Of a DNA stretch of 64,000 nucleotides, positions 1 through 9,512 are shown in pieces (the stretch's first letter is position 1; each line of letters opens with the position of its first letter). Below the pieces are notes generated by a model. That model worked only from the letters and a program-made list of their open reading frames with translations, made no database searches and was not told the origin of the DNA. The position numbers and the translations under genes were made by a program. Source of the stretch: an uncultured Gemmatimonadales bacterium (GTDB lineage: Bacteria > Gemmatimonadota > Gemmatimonadetes > Gemmatimonadales > GWC2-71-9); the NCBI GenBank assembly GCA_963730185.1, contig CAVSQW010000006.1:288001-352000 (forward strand), in the 5' to 3' direction.

Positions 1-1249
1 CCGTGAGGCCGGCGTCCAGCATGGCCCGAACCGGATAGACTCGGGGCAGGAAGCCGTCCGGCAAGTAGCGGCGGAAGTTCCGCCCGAGCGCCGGGAGAAA
101 CACCGTCTGGGGCACCGCGATCGCGCCGAGCCGTGACGCGCGAGCCAGCTGGCGGGCGTCGGGCAGGCCGAGGTGCTCGATCCGAGGCCGCGGCCCGCCC
201 GGCCCGAGCGACTCGAACACGCCGAGCACCTGATCGATCGTCGCGTCGCCGATGGCATGAATCGCGAGGCGATACCCGCGCCGGTACGCCTCGCCGGCCA
301 GCGCCAACAGCTCGTCGGCGGCAAAGCGGAGAACGCCGCGGGTGTCCGCGTGGCGGTATGGAACGGTGAGCGCGGCCGTGGCCCCGCTCAGGCCGCCGTC
401 CGCCAGAAATTTGATCGTGTCCACCCGGAGGTAGTCCGACTCATGCCGGGCCGGCAGCGGCGCCAACCCGCTGCCTTCCACCATCCGGAGCGCCATCACG
501 TTCACCCGGACCGGGAGCGCGTGCTCCCGGTCCATCCGGCGGTAGGCCTCGAGGATCGGTGGGCTCACGCCGGCGTCGGTGCTCGAGGTGATCCCCAGCG
601 CCAACTGGTGCCGGAGCGCGGCACCGATCATCGCGGCGTAGTCGTCGCTGGTCGGCGCCGGCTGGCACGCGGTCACCAGTCCCATGGCCGTCTCGTGCAG
701 GAGCCCGCTCGGCTCGCCATCCGCCCGCCGGCCGATCACCCCGCCGGGCGGATCGGGTGAGTCCCGGGTGATCCCGGCCCGGGAGAGCGCGGCGCTGTTG
801 ACCGAGCAGATGTGGCCGCAGGTGCGGGTCAGCATCACCGGGCGGTCGCCGAACAGCCGATCCAGGTCGTGCCGGACCGGTGGCCGCCCTTCGGCGAGGC
901 GGGCCTCGTTGTAGCCTCGGCCGAGAAGCCAGGTACCCGCGGGCCGGCCGGCGGCCGCGCGCTGGAGCCGCTCCCCGACCTCGCCCAGACTGGTGGCGCC
1001 GCGCAAGTCGACCATCGTGGTCAGCAGGTGGCCGATCTTCCACAGGTGGGCATGCGCGTCGTTGAAGCCCGGTACCACGGTCCGACCACCCAGATCGATC
1101 GTCCGGGTGGCGGGCCCCGCCAGAGCGACCACGTCTTCGTCCCGGCCCACGGCCACGATCCGGCCGGCCCGGACCGCGAGAGCCTGGGCCACGGGCGCTT
1201 CGGAATCCTGGGTCAGCAGCGCGCCGTTGCGAAGGATCAGGTCCACCAC
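1..1249 (-). CDS. Amidohydrolase family 3 (YtcJ-like) metal-dependent hydrolase, truncated at window edge
   Basis: Not in the ORF track; manual translation from GTG 1249 gives VDLILRNG...PGFNDAHAHLW, IKFLADGG, LAIHAIGD and RIEHLG, the motifs typical of this family. Confidence 0.85.
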   Translation of the reverse strand, partial: MVDLILRNGALLTQDSEAPVAQALAVRAGRIVAVGRDEDVVALAGPATRTIDLGGRTVVPGFNDAHAHLWKIGHLLTTMVDLRGATSLGEVGERLQRAAAGRPAGTWLLGRGYNEARLAEGRPPVRHDLDRLFGDRPVMLTRTCGHICSVNSAALSRAGITRDSPDPPGGVIGRRADGEPSGLLHETAMGLVTACQPAPTSDDYAAMIGAALRHQLALGITSSTDAGVSPPILEAYRRMDREHALPVRVNVMALRMVEGSGLAPLPARHESDYLRVDTIKFLADGGLSGATAALTVPYRHADTRGVLRFAADELLALAGEAYRRGYRLAIHAIGDATIDQVLGVFESLGPGGPRPRIEHLGLPDARQLARASRLGAIAVPQTVFLPALGRNFRRYLPDGFLPRVYPVRAMLDAGLT

Positions 1250-1265
1250 GAGAGCGCGCTCTGCC

Positions 1266-2618
1266 TCAGACGGCGGCCAGCCGGGCCGCGTCCGTCTCCG
1301 CGATGGCCGCGCCCAACACGCCGAGCCCCTCGCGCAGTTGGTCCTCCGTGATCACCAGAGGAGGCAGGAGACGGATCCCATTGCTGAAGAGGCCGGCCCG
1401 CATGGCCAGGACGCCATTCTGGACCGTGCGGCGGATGATGGCGAGCGTCTCCTCCGGAGCCGGGGTCTTCGCCTCCCGGTCGCGGACCAGCTCCACCAGG
1501 CGCATGGCTCCGAGTCCCCGCGCGTCGCCCACGAGCGAGTAGCGAGCTCTCCAGTCCTCCATCACCTCCACCATCACCTGCCCCAGCCGCTCCACATGGG
1601 CCAGGAAGGCTGGGTCCCGCACGATCCGGATCGCCGCGAGGGCCGCGGCGCAGGCCACCGGGCTCCCTCCGTAGGTCCCGCCGATCCCTCCCTTGTGGGC
1701 CGAGTCGAGGATCTCCGCCCGGCCGGTCACGGCACTGATCGGCATGCCCGCGCCCAGCGACTTGGCCATGACCACGAGGTCGGGTACCACCGACGCATGC
1801 TCGATCGCGAACAGCCGGCCGGTCCGGCCGAACCCGCTCTGGACTTCGTCGGCGATCAGCACGATGCCGTGCTCGTCACAGCGGGCCCGGAGGTGGCGGA
1901 GAAAGCGGGCCGGAACGGGGATGAACCCACCCTCGCCCTGAACCGGCTCGATCAGGATCGCCGCGACCGCCGACGGATCCACCTGCGCCACGAACGCCTG
2001 ATCCAGCTGGATGAGGCACCAGTCGAGATAGGCCTCCTCGGTCATGCCGGCCGGACGCCGGTAGAGGTTGGGAATGGGAAGCCGGACGATCTCCGGCGCG
2101 AACGGGCCGAAGCCCTTCTTGAAGAGGCCGTACTTGCTGGTGAGGCTGAGCGCCAGCAGAGTCCGGCCGTGGTAGCCGCCCTCGAAGCAGATCACCGTGG
2201 GCCGCCCCGTGTAGCGCCGGGCCAGAAGCACCGCGTTCTCGACGCTCTCCGCTCCGCTGTTGGCGAGCAGGGTCTTCTTGGCGAATCCTCCGGGAGTGAT
2301 CTCGTTCAGCACCTCCGCCAACGCCACCAGAGGCTCGTAGGTCGCGACCAAGGCGCAGGGATGCAGCAGCTTGGCGGCCTGCTCGGCGATGGCGTCGACC
2401 ACCGCCGGAGGGCAATGGCCCACCGCCAGCATGCCGATCCCGCCCACCAGGTCGATGAGCGTGTTGCCGTCGACGTCGCGCACCAGGGCTCCCGTCGCGT
2501 CCGCCACCACCACGTCGGTCGCGTGGGCGAGTCCGGCGGCCACCGCCGCGGCGCGACGCTCGAGCAGGGCCCGGCTCCGGGGTCCGGGAATCGGGGTGGT
2601 CAGCTTGATGAAGGACAT
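1266..2618 (-). CDS. gabT: 4-aminobutyrate aminotransferase-like class III PLP aminotransferase
   Basis: NSGAESVENA, GYHGRT, IEPVQGEGG, LIADEVQSGFGRTG, PLP lysine in MAKSLGAG, GGTYGGSP. Confidence 0.85.
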   Translation of the reverse strand: MSFIKLTTPIPGPRSRALLERRAAAVAAGLAHATDVVVADATGALVRDVDGNTLIDLVGGIGMLAVGHCPPAVVDAIAEQAAKLLHPCALVATYEPLVALAEVLNEITPGGFAKKTLLANSGAESVENAVLLARRYTGRPTVICFEGGYHGRTLLALSLTSKYGLFKKGFGPFAPEIVRLPIPNLYRRPAGMTEEAYLDWCLIQLDQAFVAQVDPSAVAAILIEPVQGEGGFIPVPARFLRHLRARCDEHGIVLIADEVQSGFGRTGRLFAIEHASVVPDLVVMAKSLGAGMPISAVTGRAEILDSAHKGGIGGTYGGSPVACAAALAAIRIVRDPAFLAHVERLGQVMVEVMEDWRARYSLVGDARGLGAMRLVELVRDREAKTPAPEETLAIIRRTVQNGVLAMRAGLFSNGIRLLPPLVITEDQLREGLGVLGAAIAETDAARLAAV

Positions 2619-2620
2619 CG

Positions 2621-3316
2621 TTACCCCTCCCCGCTGGGCGGGCGAACCGCGCCGGACACGTCGTGACCCGCGTCCAACACGATCAGCACCGCGTAGTTGT
2701 CGCAGCCCGGGTCATCGAGATGATTCGGGAGCAGCGATCGGAGCTCGAAGCCGACCCGCCGCTGGGCGGCCAAGGTCGGGTCGGTCAAGCGGCCGTCCTT
2801 CACGGCGTCGAGGTAGGCCGCCGCCGTCATTCGATCTTTCACCCGGCCGTACCCGCTCAGCATTCCCGCGGTGATCTGGCCGCGCAGGCCGAGCCGCCAG
2901 ACCAGCTCCTGCCGGGCGGCGTAGAGCGCCCGGGCCAGTCCCCGTCGTCGGTACTCGGGATGAACCCCGACGTCGGCCCCGTAGAGCCAGTCGCCACCGG
3001 GCTGGTGCGAGGTGAGCCACCCTCCCTGAATGATCTCGTCGAAGGTGTGGCCGGGCGCCGCGAAGTCGAAGTGTCGTCGAAGCGTCGTCGTCGACGCGAC
3101 CACCCGGTCGCCGTCGACCACCACGAACTGCCCGTCGGGAAAGAGCTCGAGGTGCCGGCGATAGTGGGCCGCCTTGAACCGTTGAGTCTCTGCCAGCGTC
3201 GGAAAGACGAGCCGCTGGAGCCGCTCCAGCCGATCGGCGTGCCCGCCGGTCGTGGATACCAGCACCAGACCGTCGTCCAAGCGACGCCGGAACGGCATGC
3301 GAGACGGGAAGCTCAT
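2621..3316 (-). CDS. GNAT family N-acetyltransferase
   Basis: Acetyl-CoA binding motif VGVHPEYRRRGLARALY; tightly coupled to gabT. Confidence 0.8.
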   Translation of the reverse strand: MSFPSRMPFRRRLDDGLVLVSTTGGHADRLERLQRLVFPTLAETQRFKAAHYRRHLELFPDGQFVVVDGDRVVASTTTLRRHFDFAAPGHTFDEIIQGGWLTSHQPGGDWLYGADVGVHPEYRRRGLARALYAARQELVWRLGLRGQITAGMLSGYGRVKDRMTAAAYLDAVKDGRLTDPTLAAQRRVGFELRSLLPNHLDDPGCDNYAVLIVLDAGHDVSGAVRPPSGEG

Positions 3317-3433
3317 CGCCGCGGGGCCAGGGCTCCGATTTCGGGAGACCCTCTAAGCTAGAGCGTCGGCCTCGACTCGGCCAGCCGATGACGGGAAGGG
3401 AATCGCGGGGATCGATGCGGTTGCCATAACCCG

Positions 3434-4036
3434 TCAGGTCCTGACGACCGCTCGGCCACCGTCGCCCGACCCGAGCGCCCGCAGGGTCAGCGCCGTGAAG
3501 TGGTCGGCCACCTCGGCGATCGAAAGCGTGGCGGTGGGCTTGAACCACTGATAGCTCCAGTTGAGCACCGAGAGCACGTAGATCGCCGCGAGCTTGCTGC
3601 TCTCCACCCGGAAGACGCCCTGCCGCGCGCCCTGCTCGATCACCTGCCGGAACAGCCCCTCGTACTGGTCCCGCCGGGAAGCGATCTTGGCCCGCCGCCG
3701 GTCCGAGAGGCAGGTCCACTCGTTGAAGAACACGGTGGCGAAGTGGAGCTCCGACGCGACCGTCTCGAGGTGCGCCCGAACCAGCGCCGCCAGCCGGGCC
3801 TCCGGACCCAGCCCGGCCGGGACGGCATCCGCCGCGGCCTGGAACTTGGCGGCGACGGTATCGACGATCTGCCAGAGGAGGTCTTCCTTCGAATCCATGT
3901 GGGCGTAGAGGCTGCCGCCCTGCATGTCCAGCTCGCGGGCCACGTCCCGGACCGTCGTCCCGTGGTACCCAAGCCGGCTGAACAGCGCACCCGCCGCCGC
4001 GAGGAGCTCGGTTTTACGATCGGTGATCGTCGCCAT
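3434..4036 (-). CDS. TetR family regulator (PaaR/KstR2-like, probably acyl-CoA responsive)
   Basis: Real start MATITDRK at 4036 inside the long ORF; HTH LFSRLGYHGTTVRDVARELDMQGGSLYAHMDSKEDLL; C-terminal LNWSYQWFKP. Confidence 0.88.
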   Translation of the reverse strand: MATITDRKTELLAAAGALFSRLGYHGTTVRDVARELDMQGGSLYAHMDSKEDLLWQIVDTVAAKFQAAADAVPAGLGPEARLAALVRAHLETVASELHFATVFFNEWTCLSDRRRAKIASRRDQYEGLFRQVIEQGARQGVFRVESSKLAAIYVLSVLNWSYQWFKPTATLSIAEVADHFTALTLRALGSGDGGRAVVRT

Positions 4037-4094
4037 GCGATCGGTTCGCCTTGACCGGATTCGGGTGACAATATAGTGTGGTAGCCAGGTAGCG

Positions 4095-4125
4095 AACAAG
4101 CGTTTGTTTGCCGACCGACGGTCGG
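4095..4125. promoter_or_regulatory. Two adjacent palindromic operator-like sites between the divergent TetR and E1 genes
   Basis: AACAAGCGTTTGTT (4095-4108, arms AACAA/TTGTT) and perfect inverted repeat CCGACCG-A-CGGTCGG (4111-4125). Confidence 0.6.
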
Positions 4126-4135
4126 AGGTCTCTTC

Positions 4136-5176
4136 GTGTCCCAACCCCCCGGTCCCCCACCGGAACCGACGGACGACGAGCGCCGTCGCCTCTTCGCCGA
4201 CATGCTGGCGATCAGGCAGATGGACGAGCGCTTCGACGTCCTGGTCCGGACGGGCAAGGTCAGTATCATGACTCCCGCCGACGGGCATGAAGCGGCCCAC
4301 GTAGGCATCGCCCACGCGGTCCGACCGGGGGTGGACTGGGTCTTCCCCTACTATCGCGACCAGGGACTCCTCCTGGCCCTCGGCGTGCCGCCGGCCGAGC
4401 TCTTCGGCCAGATGCTCGCCACCCAGGCCGATCCCGGCCGGGGGCGCCAGACCCCGACCCACACGATGTCCCGCGCCCACCGGGTCTTCAGCATGTCGTC
4501 GCCGATCGGCTCCCACCTGCCGGTGGCGGTCGGCGCGGCGATGGCGCTCGAGCGCCGGGAACCGGGCGCCGCGGTGGTCTGCACCTTCGGCGATGGCGCC
4601 ACCTCCACCGGCGACTTCCACGGGGCGCTGACCCTGGCCGGCGTGGAGCGGGCGCCGATCGTGTTCGTCTGCGAGAACAACCGCTACGCCATCAGCGTGC
4701 CGCTCGAGCGCCAGTCGCCGGCCCAGACCATCGCGGCCAAGGCCGCGGGGTACGGGATGCCCGGCGAGCGGATCGACGGTCACGATCCCGTCCTGGTCTG
4801 GCGGGCCGTCGGCGCAGCGCTCGATCGGGCCCGCGCCGGCCGCGGCCCCTCGCTGCTCGAGCTCGACCTGTACCGGTTCGGGGCTCACTCTTCGTCGGAC
4901 GACGACAGCCGCTACCGTGACCCGGCCGAGGTCGAGGCCCGGCGGGAGGAGAACCCGGTGGCGCGGGGCCGGCGGGACCTCGAGGCGCGCGGCCTCTGGA
5001 CCGAGGCCTGGGAGCGCGGGGTCGCCGACCACTGGGGCCGGATCATGGACGACGCGATCGCCCGGGCCGAGGCCGCCGGCGCGATGCCGCCCGAGACGAT
5101 GTTCGACCAGGTCTTTTCCACCGAGCCCTGGCACCTGGCTGAGCAGCGCCGGCGGCTCACCCAGGACCTCGACTGA
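4136..5176 (+). CDS. 2-oxoacid dehydrogenase E1 alpha subunit (BCKDH/PDH type)
   Basis: TPP motif FGDGATSTGDFH...CENNRYAIS; YRFGAHSSSDDDSRY. Confidence 0.9.
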   Translation: MSQPPGPPPEPTDDERRRLFADMLAIRQMDERFDVLVRTGKVSIMTPADGHEAAHVGIAHAVRPGVDWVFPYYRDQGLLLALGVPPAELFGQMLATQADPGRGRQTPTHTMSRAHRVFSMSSPIGSHLPVAVGAAMALERREPGAAVVCTFGDGATSTGDFHGALTLAGVERAPIVFVCENNRYAISVPLERQSPAQTIAAKAAGYGMPGERIDGHDPVLVWRAVGAALDRARAGRGPSLLELDLYRFGAHSSSDDDSRYRDPAEVEARREENPVARGRRDLEARGLWTEAWERGVADHWGRIMDDAIARAEAAGAMPPETMFDQVFSTEPWHLAEQRRRLTQDLD

Positions 5177-5182
5177 GGCCCG

Positions 5183-6157
5183 ATGCCGACCCTCACCATG
5201 GTGCAGGCGATCGCCAGGACCCTCGACCAGGCGCTGGCCGAGGACGACGCGGTCATCCTCCTGGGCGAAGACATCGGCGCCCGGGGCGGCGTGTTCCTCG
5301 CCACCGACGGGCTCCAGGCGCGCTATGGTCCCCGCCGGGTGATCGACACCCCTCTCAACGAAGCTGCCATCATCGGGGCCGCCGTCGGGTTGGCCGCGAT
5401 GGGGATGCGGCCGGTGGCCGAGATCCAGTTCGCCGACTACGTCTTCCCGGGCATGGATCAGCTGGTCTCGCAGGCGGCCACCCTCCGCTACCGCACCGCC
5501 GGCGTTTTCACCGCACCCCTGGTGATCCGGATGCCGAGCGGCGGCGGCGTCCGGGGCGGGCTGTGGCACTCGCAGAGCCCCGAAGCCCACTTCATGCAGA
5601 CCCCGGGACTCATGGTCGCCGTTCCCTCGACCCCGGCCGACGCCAAGGGACTCCTCCGCACCGGGATTCGCGGCGACGACCCACTCGTCCTGCTCGAACC
5701 CAAGCGCCTCTACCGCGCGACCAAGGAGGACGTCCCGGACGGCGACCACCGCGTGCCGCTCGGCCAGGCGGCGGTTCGGCGCCCCGGCACCGACCTGACC
5801 CTGATCTCCTACGGCACCTCGATGCCCGAGGTGCTCCGCGCCGCCGAGGAGCTGGCGGGGGTCGGCGTGTCGGCGGAGGTCATCGATCTCCGGACCCTCT
5901 CACCCTGGGATCGGGACACGGTGCTTGGCTCGGTGGCCCGCACCGGCCGGGTGGTCCTGGTGGCCGACGCGCCGGGTCAGGCGAGCGTGGTGAGCGAGGT
6001 CGCCGCGACCATCGCGGAGCGGATCCTCGACCAGTTGGAAGGTCCGCCGGTCAGGGTGACCGGTTACGACATTCCCTACCCCTACGCCCACGACCGGCTC
6101 TACCTGCCCAGCGTGACCCGGATTCTCCACGCCGCCAAGCTCGCGATGGACTACTGA
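5183..6157 (+). CDS. 2-oxoacid dehydrogenase E1 beta subunit
   Basis: [34 protein letters not shown]. Confidence 0.92.
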   Translation: MPTLTMVQAIARTLDQALAEDDAVILLGEDIGARGGVFLATDGLQARYGPRRVIDTPLNEAAIIGAAVGLAAMGMRPVAEIQFADYVFPGMDQLVSQAATLRYRTAGVFTAPLVIRMPSGGGVRGGLWHSQSPEAHFMQTPGLMVAVPSTPADAKGLLRTGIRGDDPLVLLEPKRLYRATKEDVPDGDHRVPLGQAAVRRPGTDLTLISYGTSMPEVLRAAEELAGVGVSAEVIDLRTLSPWDRDTVLGSVARTGRVVLVADAPGQASVVSEVAATIAERILDQLEGPPVRVTGYDIPYPYAHDRLYLPSVTRILHAAKLAMDY

Positions 6158-6158
6158 C

Positions 6159-7409
6159 ATGGCCCGCGACATCCTCCTCCCCGAGCTCGCCGAGTCGATC
6201 GTCGAGGCCGAGATCCAACGGTGGCTGGTCGGCGAGGGCGATGCCGTGGCCAAGGACCAGCCGATCGTCGAGGTGATGACCGACAAGGCGACCGTCGAGC
6301 TGCCCAGCCCCTGGGCCGGGGTGATCGAGGCGCTCCTCGTCCAGGAAGGGCAGGTGGTCCCGATCCACACGGCCATCGCCCGGGTGGCGGTGAGCGGCGA
6401 GGCCCCGGCCGACGCCCAGCCGGCGCCCACCGAGCCGGCCCGCGACGCCTCGCTCTTCAAGCCGTCGGAGCAGCGCGAGACCGTCCGGAACCCGTTCACC
6501 TCGTCCCGTCCCCGGGCTACTCCGGCCGCCCGGCGGGTCGCCAAGGACCTCGGAGTGGATCTGGCCCGGGTGCCCGGCTCGGGCCCGGCCGGCCGGATCC
6601 GAACCGCCGACGTCAGGGCCGCCGCGACGCCGGGCGCGGCCCCCGGCCCGACGCTCCCGCCCCCGGCACCCTATCGCACGCCGGCGGGCTACCAAGACCG
6701 GGAGGAACGCCGCCCGCTCCGCGGGCTCCGGCGCGCCATCGCCCAGCAGATGACCGCCTCGCACCTGCACGCGGTCCGAACTCTCGCGGTCGACGAAGCC
6801 GACCTCACCGCGCTCATCGCGGCGCGGGACCGGCTCAAGCCCAGCGCGGAGGCCTCGGGGGTCGCCCTGACCTTCCTGCCGTTCGTGTTTCAGGCGCTGG
6901 CGCTCACCCTGGAACGGCACCCGGCCCTCAACTCGTCGCTCGATCCGGCGACCGAGGAGATCGTCCTCAAGCGGTACTGCCACCTGGGCCTGGCAGTGGC
7001 CACCGAAGCCGGCCTGGTGGTACCGGTGGTCCGGGACGTTCGCGGCCGGTCGCTCCTCGATCTGGCCGCCGGGATCGAGGCGCTCGCCCGCCGAGCCCGG
7101 GAGGGGCGGCTGGCGCCGGAGGAGCTGACGGGGTCGACCTTCACGGTCACCAGCATCGGCAAAGTCGGCACGCTCTTCACCTTCCCGATCATCAACGTGC
7201 CCGACGCCGCCATCCTCGGCGTCCACACCATCACCCGCCGGCCGGTCGCCCGGATCATCGACGGCGAGGAACGGATCGTGGTGCGCGACATGGTGTACCT
7301 GTCGCTGTCGTTCGACCACCGGCTGGTCGACGGTTTCACGGCGGCGACGTTCCTGCAGGACTTGATCGGACTCTTGGAAGCGCCCGACCGGCTGGCGCTG
7401 GAGGCGTAA
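6159..7409 (+). CDS. Dihydrolipoamide acyltransferase E2
   Basis: Lipoyl motif MTDKATVE, E3-binding GSGPAGRI, catalytic DHRLVDG. Confidence 0.92.
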   Translation: MARDILLPELAESIVEAEIQRWLVGEGDAVAKDQPIVEVMTDKATVELPSPWAGVIEALLVQEGQVVPIHTAIARVAVSGEAPADAQPAPTEPARDASLFKPSEQRETVRNPFTSSRPRATPAARRVAKDLGVDLARVPGSGPAGRIRTADVRAAATPGAAPGPTLPPPAPYRTPAGYQDREERRPLRGLRRAIAQQMTASHLHAVRTLAVDEADLTALIAARDRLKPSAEASGVALTFLPFVFQALALTLERHPALNSSLDPATEEIVLKRYCHLGLAVATEAGLVVPVVRDVRGRSLLDLAAGIEALARRAREGRLAPEELTGSTFTVTSIGKVGTLFTFPIINVPDAAILGVHTITRRPVARIIDGEERIVVRDMVYLSLSFDHRLVDGFTAATFLQDLIGLLEAPDRLALEA

Positions 7410-7420
7410 ATGATGCAAAC

Positions 7421-7446
7421 TGGAACCTCCCGGCGACGGGGCCGTA
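7421..7446 (+). promoter_or_regulatory. Putative ECF-sigma promoter
   Basis: TGGAAC-N16-CGTA, matching the AAC/CGT ECF pattern, about 50 bp before the serine hydrolase cluster. Confidence 0.45.
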
Positions 7447-7494
7447 CACAGTTTTGAATACATATTTCCGGCTTCAGCCGAGGTTCGCGCCCCC

Positions 7495-9432
7495 ATGCCG
7501 CTCATGCTAGGTCATCTCTTGTTGGCGGCGCCGCTCATCGCGGCCCCGCTGCCGCCGACTGCCCTCGCTCAGCGCGGCGCCGACACCACCGCCAGTCCCC
7601 GCCTCACCGCGGTCGATCTCGACGCCTTTCTGGACGGGGTCGTACCGGAAGCCCTCGCGAGCAGCGACGTGGCCGGAGCGGTGGTGGCGGTCGTCAAGGA
7701 CGGTCGGCTGCTCTTCGCCAAAGGATACGGGTACGCCGACGTCGGGCGGCGACTCCCGGTCCAGGCGGACAGCACCGTGTTCCGGATGGCCTCGATCTCC
7801 AAGCTCTTCAACGCTACCGCCGTGATGCAGCTGGTGGAGCAGGACAAGCTCGACCTCGACGCCGACATCGGTCAGTACCTGGACTTCACGCTGCCGCGCC
7901 GGTTCCCGGACAAGATCACGCTCCGGCATCTGCTGACCCACACCGCGGGCTTCGAGGACTCGTTCAAGCAACTGCCGGCCGACTCGGGCAAGGGCGTTCC
8001 GCTCCGGGAGTGGGTCACCAAGATGACGCCCCATCAGATCTACCGACCCGGAACCGTCACCTCCTACTCGAATTACGGCGCCGACCTGGCGGGGTACATC
8101 GTCCAGCGGGTGTCGGGCCAGCCGTTCGCCGAGTACATCGAGGCCCACATCCTCGCCCCGCTCGGGATGCGGCAATCGTCGATCGCCGAGCCGTTGCCGC
8201 CCGAGATTCGGGCCAACCTGTCCCAGGAGTATCCCTCGGCGTCGGAGCCTCCGGGCGAGTTCGAGGTGCTCCAGGGTGAGCCGTCGGGAAACCTGTCCGC
8301 CACCGCGACCGACATGGCGAAGTTCATGCTCGCCCACCTGGCGCTGGGGCGGCTGGGCGACGTCCGCATTCTCGCGGATTCGACCGCCCGCCTGATGGCC
8401 ACGACCCAGTTCCGGACCCATCCGGAGGTCCCGGGCATGGGCCTGGGCTTCTTCGAGGAGTCACGGAACGGCTACCGGATCATCGGTCATGGCGGCGATC
8501 TGTCCCGCTTCCACAGCCACCTCTCACTCCTGATGGACGAAGGCGTCGGGTTTTTCGTCGCCGTCAACAGCACCGGCCGGGGCTCGACCTTCTCCGGCCC
8601 CCGTGAGGTGGTGCGCGACGCCTTCCTGGACCGGTACTTCCCCCGCCGGGTTCCGCTCGAGTCGGCCCTCGCCGACGCCCTCGCCCGGTCGCGCCGGTAC
8701 GCGGGATCGTACACGCTCTCTCGCCGGGGGGAGACGGGGTTGGGGCGGATGGCCGGCCTGCTCGTGAATCTGGACGTTCGGGCCAACGACGACGGCAGCC
8801 TCGAGATCCCCTTCGTCACCGGTCCGGCCGGGCTCCCGGTCCGGTGGTACCCGATCGACTCCACCCTGTTCCGCACCGGGGATGGGAGCCAGCGACTCGG
8901 CTACGTACCGGCGACCGACGGCCTGCCGGACCGGTTCGGTTTCCTCGGGGGCCACGAGCTCCACCGGGTGGGCGTCCTGGACAGCCGGGTCTTCAACCTC
9001 ACGCTCCTGGCCGCGGTCGTGGCGACCTTCGTCGCCACGTTGCTGCTCTGGCCGGTGTCGGTCCTGGTCCGGTGGCGCCACGGCGCGAGATTCGTCGACG
9101 ACGGCGTCTCCCGGGGCCTTCGGCTCGTGACCCGGCTCGGGGCCTTGCTTCCGCTCCTCTTCCTGGCTGGCTTCGCCGCGTTCCTGATGATGGGACTCGG
9201 CGGGACCATCACGCTCGACAGCCGGCTGGACCCGGTCCTGGCCGCCATCCGGCTCGTGGGCCTGCTCGGCGCTCTGGCCACGATCGGCTCGATGGTGGCC
9301 CTGGTCCGCTCCATTCGCGGAGCGCGGAACGGATGGGCCCGAATCAAGTACGCCGCTCTCGCGGCGGCCGGGCTCGGGTTCACCTGGTTTGCGATCCACT
9401 GGAACCTCCTCGCCTGGAGCTTCCGGTATTGA
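7495..9432 (+). CDS. Serine hydrolase (beta-lactamase/S12 family) with C-terminal membrane helices
   Basis: Signal peptide, SISK (SxxK), YSN, GHGG, three hydrophobic C-terminal segments. Confidence 0.87.
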   Translation: MPLMLGHLLLAAPLIAAPLPPTALAQRGADTTASPRLTAVDLDAFLDGVVPEALASSDVAGAVVAVVKDGRLLFAKGYGYADVGRRLPVQADSTVFRMASISKLFNATAVMQLVEQDKLDLDADIGQYLDFTLPRRFPDKITLRHLLTHTAGFEDSFKQLPADSGKGVPLREWVTKMTPHQIYRPGTVTSYSNYGADLAGYIVQRVSGQPFAEYIEAHILAPLGMRQSSIAEPLPPEIRANLSQEYPSASEPPGEFEVLQGEPSGNLSATATDMAKFMLAHLALGRLGDVRILADSTARLMATTQFRTHPEVPGMGLGFFEESRNGYRIIGHGGDLSRFHSHLSLLMDEGVGFFVAVNSTGRGSTFSGPREVVRDAFLDRYFPRRVPLESALADALARSRRYAGSYTLSRRGETGLGRMAGLLVNLDVRANDDGSLEIPFVTGPAGLPVRWYPIDSTLFRTGDGSQRLGYVPATDGLPDRFGFLGGHELHRVGVLDSRVFNLTLLAAVVATFVATLLLWPVSVLVRWRHGARFVDDGVSRGLRLVTRLGALLPLLFLAGFAAFLMMGLGGTITLDSRLDPVLAAIRLVGLLGALATIGSMVALVRSIRGARNGWARIKYAALAAAGLGFTWFAIHWNLLAWSFRY

Positions 9433-9512
9433 CGGCCGCGGCGACTTCGCGGCCCTACTCACAGCGCCGGCCGGATCGGGCGATCCGGGCCGAGCGACGA
9501 GGATCCGATTCG

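Noticed and set aside
3434..5749. Apparent 771-aa TetR fusion
   Set aside because: The upstream part is the antisense of the E1 genes; the real start is 4036
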